A DNA stretch of 64,000 nucleotides from an uncultured Chloroflexia bacterium (GTDB lineage Bacteria; Chloroflexota; Limnocylindria; Limnocylindrales; CSP1-4), in assembly GCA_963720755.1 (NCBI GenBank), contig CAVRGP010000013.1:64001-128000 (forward strand). Direction: 5' to 3'. This document shows, piece by piece, positions 39,829 to 47,830 of this stretch. How positions within the stretch are numbered: the first letter of the stretch is position 1; the number at the start of each line of letters is the position of its first letter. Both the position numbers and the translations under genes were made by a program. The notes beneath the pieces were generated by a model, which was not told where the DNA came from, made no database searches, and saw nothing but the letters and a program-made list of their open reading frames with translations.

Positions 39829-41316
39829 ATGCCGATGCGTGTCGCGATGATCGCGTCCGAGTGCGAACCGTGGGCCAAGACGGGGGGTTTGGCCGACGTC
39901 GTCGACGCGTTGGCCCGAGCCCTCGGGGCGGCGTCCACCGCCGACATCGACGCCCCCATCGACGTGTTCCTGCCGCGCTACCGGGGCGTCCCGGATCCGA
40001 CCACCGTCCAGGCGACCACGACCATCCGGGTCCCGGATCCGCGCTCCCCGGCCGGCGCGACCACGGTGACGGTCATCGATGTCCTGGCCGATGGCTACCG
40101 TCTCCGCCTGATCGATCATCCGGCCGCGTTCGATCGAGACGGCTTCTACGGGGATGCGGCCGGCGACTACGCCGACAATGCCTGGCGCTTCGGGTTGTTC
40201 TGCCGGGCGGCGCTGGAAACGCTCCGGGCCGATGGACGGCCACTCGACGTCCTTCATCTGCACGACTGGCACACCGGCCCCGCGGCGATCGCCCGCGACA
40301 TCTGGTATCGGGACGACCCGATCGTCGGCGGGGCGGCGATCCTGACCACCCTCCACAACCTCGCCTATCACGGTTGGACCCCGCGCGAGCGGCTCGGTGA
40401 GCTCGGGCTGGTGCCCGGCGACGGCGTGGTGGCCGAGGACGCGGACGGGATCGACTTGCTGGGCGTGAACATCGAGCGCGCCGAACTGGTCAACACGGTG
40501 TCGCCCGGCTTCGCGGTCGAAGCGCTGACCCCCGAGTTCGGGATGGGTCTGGAGCGAGCCTTGCGGGCGAAGGGCGACCGGTTCGTCGGGATCCTCAATG
40601 GGCTCGATACGGCCGTTTGGGACCCTGCGGCGGACCCCGACCTCGCGGCTCCGTATTCGCAGGCGGCTCCGGCGGGCAAGGCGACCTGTCGTGCCGACCT
40701 GCTGACCCGCGTCGGGTTCGACGACCGGGACGACGGACCGGTGATCGGGATGATCGGCCGGCTGGACCCGCAGAAGGGCTTCGATCTGCTCGCCGGCGCC
40801 GCGCCCGCGCTCGTCGATCGTGGCGTCCGTCTCGTGGTCCAGGGCAATGGACCGCGGGCGCTCGCGGATCCATTCCGGGCGATCGCTGCAGCACGGCCGC
40901 GGCAGGTCGCCTTCATCGACCAATTCGATCGAGCGATGGCCCGTCGGATCTATGCCGGCGTCGACTTCTTCGCGATGCCATCGCGCTTCGAGCCATGTGG
41001 CCAGGGGCAGATGATCGCGCTGCGCTATGGGACGCCGCCGATCGTCCACAGGACCGGCGGGCTCGCGGATACCGTCGTCGACGAGGTTCGCCATCCGGGG
41101 GCCGGGACCGGTTTCGTCTTCGACCGGCCCACCGTCGTGGACCTGCTCGAGGCCTGTACCGCTGCCGTCTCGATCCGCTCGGCCCGCGGGACCGGCTGGG
41201 ATGGGCTCGTCCATCGGGCCATGGCGGTCGACTTCGACTGGGTCCGAGGGTCCGCCCCGCAGTACGTCGAGGCGTATCGGCGGGCGATCCAGCTGCGTGA
41301 GCGAGCCCGCGCCTAG
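39829..41316 (+). CDS. glgA: Glycogen synthase (GT5)
   Basis: KTGGLADV, HLHDWHT, PSRFEPCG, TGGLADTV. Confidence 0.95.
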   Translation: MPMRVAMIASECEPWAKTGGLADVVDALARALGAASTADIDAPIDVFLPRYRGVPDPTTVQATTTIRVPDPRSPAGATTVTVIDVLADGYRLRLIDHPAAFDRDGFYGDAAGDYADNAWRFGLFCRAALETLRADGRPLDVLHLHDWHTGPAAIARDIWYRDDPIVGGAAILTTLHNLAYHGWTPRERLGELGLVPGDGVVAEDADGIDLLGVNIERAELVNTVSPGFAVEALTPEFGMGLERALRAKGDRFVGILNGLDTAVWDPAADPDLAAPYSQAAPAGKATCRADLLTRVGFDDRDDGPVIGMIGRLDPQKGFDLLAGAAPALVDRGVRLVVQGNGPRALADPFRAIAAARPRQVAFIDQFDRAMARRIYAGVDFFAMPSRFEPCGQGQMIALRYGTPPIVHRTGGLADTVVDEVRHPGAGTGFVFDRPTVVDLLEACTAAVSIRSARGTGWDGLVHRAMAVDFDWVRGSAPQYVEAYRRAIQLRERARA

Positions 41317-41320
41317 TCCC

Positions 41321-42250
41321 TCAGCCGAGCGCTCGAAGGATGGCGAAGGTGGTCAGGGCCGGGTCGGTCCGCTGCGGAGCGTGAGGCATCCCGGCGAGCG
41401 TGATGATGTGATCCATGCCGATCCGGAGCGCGAAGGGCGCCAAGGCCGCTTGTGGCACCAGCCCCGCAAGATCCCCGTCGGGGGTCAGCCCGGTGGCCGT
41501 CGTCTCGGCGCGGAGGATCCAGGTCGGGATGCCGTCGGCACTCGGATCGGCGAGATCGGCCAGTCCGCCATCCCAATCGCCGTTGTCGAGCAGGATCGAG
41601 CGAGCAGCCGTCTCGTCGAGTTCGGTGAGCGCCTCGGCCTTGGCCAGGACGTCCTCGGCCGGCCAGTCCGGATTCGACCTGGTCAGGGCGGCGACTGCCG
41701 CCGGCAGGTCTCGGTAGAGCTGCTCGGACGGGTCACTGGCCATCCGCGAGATCACCTCGAACGGGACCGTGGGTGGTTCGAGCAGGACGAGTGTCGCCGG
41801 ACGGACACCACTCCGGGGCAGGGCGGCCGCCGTCATCGCTCCCCAGCTGTGCCCGACGACCTGGAGGTCCGGCCCGCCAAGGTCCGACGCATGGATCCAG
41901 GCGGCGACGTCATTTGCGGTCTCGCGGAACCGGTGGTGGCCGGCCCAGTGGCCGGTCCGTCCATGACCCGGCAGGTCGACGGCCACGACCCGTCGCCCAG
42001 TGGCGGCGAGGGCTGGTCCGACCCGCCACCAGATCCGGGCGGAGGCGGTGACACCATGGATGAGGACGAGCGGTCGGCCGGCCGGGTCGCCCCACCAGAT
42101 CGACGAGAACGGGATCCCGGCCGCCCCGATCGTCCGGCGCTCGCCCCGGTCCACGGCCGCCGAAGGTGACGCGATGACAGCCGCGACTGCCGGCGGCAGG
42201 TCATCGGCGGTGGCTCGGATGGGGGGAGGCAGCGCAGACGGATCACGCAC
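41321..42250 (-). CDS. Alpha/beta hydrolase
   Basis: LVLIHG, VDLPGHG, GHSWG nucleophile elbow; start set at GTG 42250. Confidence 0.88.
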   Translation of the reverse strand: MRDPSALPPPIRATADDLPPAVAAVIASPSAAVDRGERRTIGAAGIPFSSIWWGDPAGRPLVLIHGVTASARIWWRVGPALAATGRRVVAVDLPGHGRTGHWAGHHRFRETANDVAAWIHASDLGGPDLQVVGHSWGAMTAAALPRSGVRPATLVLLEPPTVPFEVISRMASDPSEQLYRDLPAAVAALTRSNPDWPAEDVLAKAEALTELDETAARSILLDNGDWDGGLADLADPSADGIPTWILRAETTATGLTPDGDLAGLVPQAALAPFALRIGMDHIITLAGMPHAPQRTDPALTTFAILRALG

Positions 42251-42335
42251 TAGGCGAAGGTACACGGCCCGGCCTCCGGCCGTTAGGATGGGTCCGGGCC
42301 TGCCGGGGAGCCGGCCGGCACGATCGGAGGCAGCC

Positions 42336-42725
42336 ATGGCCAAGCAGTTCGTCGTCCAGCTGAAGAACGAACCGGGAGCGATGGCGACCCTGGCCGAGGC
42401 GCTGGCGGCACGTGGGGTGGACCTGCGGGCGATCGGTGGTGGGAGCATGGGCGACAGCGGTCACGTGATCATGACGACCGCCGACGACGACGGCGCCGCT
42501 GCCGTGCTTGACGCCGAGGGATACACCTACATCGAAGGTGAGTCGATCCTGGCCGAGGTCGACGATCGGCCGGGCGGGATGGCCCGCCTCGCGCGTGCCC
42601 TGGCGGACGCCGATGTGAACATCTACGGCCACCTGTTCCTCGGCCGGTGGGGCGATCGGGCGACGTTCGCCTTCGTCGTCGACGACCCGGAGAAGGCGCG
42701 ACCGATCCTCGAGCGCAAAGCCTGA
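42336..42725 (+). CDS. Tandem ACT-domain protein
   Basis: LKNEPGAMATLAEAL and VDDRPGGMARLARAL repeats; GGAGG RBS. Confidence 0.88.
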   Translation: MAKQFVVQLKNEPGAMATLAEALAARGVDLRAIGGGSMGDSGHVIMTTADDDGAAAVLDAEGYTYIEGESILAEVDDRPGGMARLARALADADVNIYGHLFLGRWGDRATFAFVVDDPEKARPILERKA

Positions 42726-42895
42726 TTCCGCGCGACCCTGGCGCGGCCGCTCCAGTTCGGCTATGCTGCGCGCCTTCGTGCTCGATGAGGCGCTCCGGTC
42801 AGCGCCCCGGTCCATTGCCGTTTCGATCCCGAACCAAGTAGCGCCCTGACCGGATCCCGCACAGGCGGGCGGGCCACGTCAGGAGCCTTCTCCCC

Positions 42896-44398
42896 ATGTC
42901 CTTCGATCATCTCGGGCTGTCGCCCGAGCTTCTCCGTGCTGTCGCCCAGCAGGGCTACACGGAACCCACGCCGGTCCAGACCAAGTCGATCCCGCTCGTC
43001 CTGGCCGGACGCGACGTCCTGGCCGGTGCCCAGACCGGTACCGGCAAGACGGCTGCGTTCGTGCTGCCGATGCTCCAGCTGCTCCACGGATCGCGACCGA
43101 GCGGTCCGCGTGCCGTCCGGGCTCTGATCCTGACCCCGACGCGCGAGCTCGCGCTCCAGGTCGAGGAGAGCGTCCGGACCTACGGTGCCCAGAACCCGAT
43201 CCGTTCGACGACGATCTACGGCGGTGTCGGCTTCGATCCGCAGGTGCGCGCACTGCGAGCCGGACCCGAGATCGTTGTGGCGACACCCGGTCGCCTGCTC
43301 GATCACCTCGGACAGCGCACGATCGACCTCTCCCGGGTCGAGATCCTCGTCCTCGACGAGGCCGACCGGATGCTCGACATGGGCTTCATCCGGGATATCC
43401 GGAAGATCCTCGCGGTGCTCCCGGCGCGTCGGCAGAACCTGCTCTTCTCGGCGACCTTCTCCGATGAGATCCGGCGTCTGGCGGACGGGATGCTGCACGA
43501 ACCGGTCTCGGTCCAGGTGACCCCGCGCAATACCCCGACGGAACTCGTGACCCACGTGGTCCACATGGTCGATCGCGACCGGAAGCGTGAATTGCTGAGC
43601 CACCTGATCACGTCCGGACGGATCGACCAGGCACTCGTCTTCACCCGCACGAAGCACGGCGCCAACCGACTGGCCCAGCAGCTCGATCGCGACGGGATCA
43701 GCGCCACGGCGATCCACGGCAACAAGAGCCAGCCGCAGCGCGTTCGGGCGCTGGCCGATTTCAAGGCGGGTCGGTTCCAGATCCTCGTCGCCACCGAAGT
43801 CGCCGCGCGGGGTCTCGACATCGAGGCGCTCCCGCACGTCGTCAACTTCGAACTGCCGATGGTCCCGGAGGACTACGTCCACCGGATCGGGCGGACCGGC
43901 CGGGCCGGCGTCGATGGCGATGCGGTCTCGCTGGTCTGCGTGGACGAAGTCAAACTCCTCAACGACATCGAGCGCGTGCTTGGTCGAGGGATCCCGCGGG
44001 AGACGATCCCGGGGTACGAGCCGGATCCACGGATCCGACCCGAGCCGATCCTGCGCGGCGGTCTCGGTGGCGCACGACCGTCACGGTCGATGTCCGGAGC
44101 CGGGGCGCCTCGTCACGGAGGCAGTCCACGCCACCAGGGCGCACCGCGTTCAGGCGGCGCCCCGCGACCGAGTGGTGGGCAGCACCCAGCCGGCGTCTCG
44201 AGGTCCAACGGTGGATCGCGACCCGGGGGCCGCGGCGCCGGGTTCGCCGGACCGCGCCGCCCCGGTCAGGGGATCGGCAACGGCGCGACAGCGCGTCCAT
44301 CGGATGCGAGCCCACGCCCGGGGTCGCGACATCCCGGTCCCGGCACGGTCTTGCCGGGCGAACGGATCAGCGGGAACGGCGGCCGCGCCGGTCGCTGA
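42896..44398 (+). CDS. rhlE: DEAD-box RNA helicase, RhlE-like
   Basis: [29 protein letters not shown]; Arg/Gly-rich disordered tail. Confidence 0.9.
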   Translation: MSFDHLGLSPELLRAVAQQGYTEPTPVQTKSIPLVLAGRDVLAGAQTGTGKTAAFVLPMLQLLHGSRPSGPRAVRALILTPTRELALQVEESVRTYGAQNPIRSTTIYGGVGFDPQVRALRAGPEIVVATPGRLLDHLGQRTIDLSRVEILVLDEADRMLDMGFIRDIRKILAVLPARRQNLLFSATFSDEIRRLADGMLHEPVSVQVTPRNTPTELVTHVVHMVDRDRKRELLSHLITSGRIDQALVFTRTKHGANRLAQQLDRDGISATAIHGNKSQPQRVRALADFKAGRFQILVATEVAARGLDIEALPHVVNFELPMVPEDYVHRIGRTGRAGVDGDAVSLVCVDEVKLLNDIERVLGRGIPRETIPGYEPDPRIRPEPILRGGLGGARPSRSMSGAGAPRHGGSPRHQGAPRSGGAPRPSGGQHPAGVSRSNGGSRPGGRGAGFAGPRRPGQGIGNGATARPSDASPRPGSRHPGPGTVLPGERISGNGGRAGR

Positions 44399-44445
44399 GA
44401 CTGCGAGTGCGCCGGCGGGCCGATGATCGACCCGCCGGGATCGGC

Positions 44446-45171
44446 CTAGTCCTGCGTGTGGTGGACCTTGTTCTGCCGCTTCGCCGCCTTCATCGCGGCC
44501 TTCTCGGCCTTGGCTGCGGCGTGATCGGCCTTCGCGTTCCCGTGTCCGGCCTTGGCCACCTCACTGACCGCTCCGCCGTGGTTGCAGTTCTTGCCACCGA
44601 CGGCATCTGACTGCGCGATCTCGGAGACGGCCTTGCCGTGGGCGTTCGGTGCCGGGACCACGGTCGGGTCGACCGGAGTCGGCACGAACGTCGTGGGCGG
44701 GCACACCGTCGGCGTCGGGTCGACGGTGGTTTCGGGCGTGTCCTGGGTTTCCGGCGTGTCCTGGGTCTCCGGCGTGTCCGTGTCGCACGAATCGACGGTC
44801 GTATCCGGTGTGGCCGCATCGGCCGTTGTCTCGTCAGCCGAGTCGCTGTCGGCCGAGTCGCAGGTGTCCGACGTCCCGGTGGCGACCGAGCTGACATACC
44901 CGCCGTGGTTGCAGTTCTCACCGCCGGTCCAGTCGGTCTGGGCAGCCTCGCTGACGGAGATCGTGCCGTCCCCATTGAGGTCGGCGGCCGCGAAGGCCGC
45001 TTCGGCTGCAGTCTGGTCCGGAGTCACGACCGTCTGGCACGTGTCGGCGACGCCGTTGCCGTCGAGGTCATCCGCCCTCAGGGCCGTGGCGAATGCGGTG
45101 CCGGCCAGCGACAGGACCAGGATCCCGGCGGCGGCCCCGGCAGACCATCGACTTCGGAGGCGAATGGACAT
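44446..45171 (-). CDS. Secreted low-complexity protein with EF-hand and repeated NHG-x-x-VS motifs
   Basis: Signal peptide ending AFA; DLNGDGTISVSE EF-hand; GGxNCNHGGxVS twice; GGGAG RBS. Confidence 0.8.
   Translation of the reverse strand: MSIRLRSRWSAGAAAGILVLSLAGTAFATALRADDLDGNGVADTCQTVVTPDQTAAEAAFAAADLNGDGTISVSEAAQTDWTGGENCNHGGYVSSVATGTSDTCDSADSDSADETTADAATPDTTVDSCDTDTPETQDTPETQDTPETTVDPTPTVCPPTTFVPTPVDPTVVPAPNAHGKAVSEIAQSDAVGGKNCNHGGAVSEVAKAGHGNAKADHAAAKAEKAAMKAAKRQNKVHHTQD
44729..44778 (-). repeat. 18-bp coding tandem repeat (DTPETQ, about 3 copies)
   Basis: DTPETQDTPETQDTPET in the translation. Confidence 0.8.
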
Positions 45172-45546
45172 GGGTGTCGTTTCTCCCGCGTGGTTTGGTA
45201 CCGGAGGGTCGAGGTCGACCGCGGTCGTCATGCGTGCGACACGAAGGTATCGCGTCTGGTCGCGGCCCCGAGACCCGTACCTTCGTCCCAATGCTGCGAT
45301 TCCGCAAACGGTTCCTGCCACGGACCGTTGTGGAAGAGTGGGCTCGGGTGGGGACTGGCCGGGTGCGAGAGGGCACCACGTGATCGTCCGGTCGGCACGG
45401 GCCTGCGCAGCGAGCGACTCCGGCCGCTGGGTGCTCCGTGCTGGATCGGCCCGAGCGGGCGCCGAGCCACAGCGTAGAATGCATCTTGCGAAACTGCGAC
45501 GCATTGCCCGCCAGATGAGCGGGCGCAACCTGGAGGGAACCACGGC

Positions 45547-45912
45547 TTGAACAACTTGGGCGATTTCTTTCTCTGGACCATCGAGGTCTTCTTCCTGATT
45601 CTCGCGATCTGGGTGTTCATCGCGATCTTCTCGGACATCTTCCGCCGCACGGACATCCACGGCGGCGCGAAGGCCGGCTGGATCCTCCTGATCTTCATCC
45701 TGCCGTTCCTCGGCTGCCTGATCTACATCATCGCGCGGCCAAAGGTGACCCCCGGTGACGTCCAGATGATGGCCCGGGCCGATGCGGCCAACGCAGCCGT
45801 CGCCGGCGTTTCGACCGCCGACGAGCTGGCCAAGCTGCAGCAGCTCAAGGACGCCGGCACGATCACGCCGGCCGAGTACGACTCGCTCAAGGCGAAGACA
45901 CTCGCAAGCTGA
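45547..45912 (+). CDS. PLDc_N-like two-TM + SHOCT domain protein
   Basis: DIFRR..KAGWILLIFILPFLGCLIYIIARP and ADELAKLQQLKDAGTITPAEYDSLK; GGAGG RBS. Confidence 0.88.
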   Translation: MNNLGDFFLWTIEVFFLILAIWVFIAIFSDIFRRTDIHGGAKAGWILLIFILPFLGCLIYIIARPKVTPGDVQMMARADAANAAVAGVSTADELAKLQQLKDAGTITPAEYDSLKAKTLAS

Positions 45913-45945
45913 CCACGGCGCTCAGCGCCTGATCGATCGCACTCA

Positions 45946-45979
45946 AAGAGACCACCGGCGTTCGCACCGGTGGTCTCTT
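45946..45979. terminator. Probable bidirectional terminator hairpin
   Basis: AAGAGACCACCGG-8nt-CCGGTGGTCTCTT, a 13-bp perfect stem between convergent genes. Confidence 0.7.
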
Positions 45980-46014
45980 GATTCGCGGCCCAGCCCGATG
46001 CGGGTCGGCGTCAC

Positions 46015-47755
46015 TCAGGCGCCCGGTTCTGTCCCTCTGCCGATCGTCTTCTCCGATGCCTCCTTGAAAGCCTGGACGCCTTCGGTCACCGAACGATAGA
46101 AGTGGCTCGCGTCGACCGTCTCGAGGAGCCCGTACCGGACGATCGAGTCGCGGACCGCGGACTGGAGTTCGGCGAACGCGAGGTGGATCCCCGCCGCGTT
46201 CAATTCGACGTCGAGGTCCGCGAGCACGGTGCCGGCCGTCGTGTCGATGTCGGTGATCGGCTCAGCGGCGACGAGCACCCACTGCGGCGGTGTTTCGGCG
46301 TCCCTGATGAGATCTCTGATCCGGTCGCGGAACTGGCTCGCATTGGCGAAGAAGAGCGGTGCCGACCAGCGGACGATGAGCAGACCCGGTACCTGGACGG
46401 CGTCCGGATATCGGCCGACGTCGTGGTAACCCGGGGAAGTCGGGCGCGATGCCGAGCACCGCCGAATACGGGGCCCACGCTCGCTTGAAGACGTAGATCA
46501 CCGACAGCACGACCGCGACGACGATCCCCTGCAGGACGCCGATGAACATGACCCCGACCGCACAGGCGACCGCAAGGGCGAACTCAGGCCGTCGAACCCG
46601 GTACAGCCGACGCAGTTCCGCCACATCGAACAGGCTGATCGACGCGGCGATGACGACCGCAGCGAGCACCGGCTGTGGCATCGCCTGGACGAGGCCGGGG
46701 ACGAACAGCAGCATGGCGAGCACGAACGCCGCCGCGATCAGGCCGGTCAGCTGGGTCTTCGCTCCGGACTGGAATGAGACGGCGGTCCTCGACCCACTGG
46801 TGCTCACGGCGAACCCGGAGAACAGTCCGGCGGCCAGGTTGGCGGAGCCGATCCCGACCAGCTCCTGGTTGCCATCGACCTCGTAGCCGGCCCGCGCCGA
46901 GAACCCGCCCGAGACCGAGATCGTGTCGCCGATGGCGACGAGCGAGATCCCCACGGCCGCCGCGAACAATAGCGGCATGTCGTCGAGCGGGGCGCCGGGG
47001 AGCGTCGGCATCGGGAAACCCTGGGGCAGGACGCCGATCACGGACACGCCACGAGCCGCCAGGTCGAGGACCATCGACAGCGCGATCGCGACCACGACGG
47101 CGATGAGGATGCCGGGCGTTCTCGGCGAGAGCCGCTTGAGGCCGAGGATGATCGCCAGGCTGAGGAGGCCGATCGCGAGGGCCCACGGGTTCGTCATGTC
47201 GAGGCCATGGACGAAGGCGGCCGCTTCAGCGACCAGGCCATCGGCGTCCGTCGAGAAGCCGAACAGCTTGGGCAACTGGCCGATGAGGATGACGACGGCG
47301 AGGCCGGCCAGGTAGCCGGTCCGCACCGGGTTCGACAACAAGTCCGCGACGAAGCCGAGTTTGGCGAACCCCGCGCCGACCGTCACCAGCCCGACGAGGA
47401 GCGCGAGCATCCCGGCGAGCGCGACCGCCATCTCCTGGCTGCCCGCGGCAAGCGGCAGGATCGTCGCGGCGATCATCGGCGCGAGCGCCGAGTCCGGACC
47501 GAGGACCAGGATCGGCGACGGTCCCACGAGCGCATACGCGACAAGGCAGACGACCGTCGTGTACAGGCCGGTGATCGCCGGCAGTCCAGCCAGCTCGGCG
47601 TACGCCATCCCCTGTGGCACCAGCAGTGTCACGAGGACGATGCCGGCGATCAGGTCATGGGTGAGCCACGACCGTTCGTACGTCCGCATCGCCCGGACGC
47701 CGGGCATCCAGCGCTCGGCGGCGCGCAGCCGCGAACCAGCGACGACCCTGGTCAT
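46015..47755 (-). pseudogene. sulP: SulP/SLC26 anion transporter with STAS domain, interrupted by a 1-nt frameshift near 46435
   Basis: PQGMAYAELAG and NQELVGIG..SRT in one frame; YHDVGRYP..PLFFANA..DIDTT (STAS) continues in another frame to 46015. Confidence 0.85.
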
Positions 47756-47830
47756 CGGCTCGACGCCGGTCGGCCGGACCGAGGGATCGATCGCGCGGCG
47801 AGGTGTCGCGCGACCCCATACACCCTGGGA

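Noticed and set aside
44090-44398. GAPR/GSPR quasi-repeats in the helicase tail
   Set aside because: Basic disordered tails are typical of RhlE-like helicases
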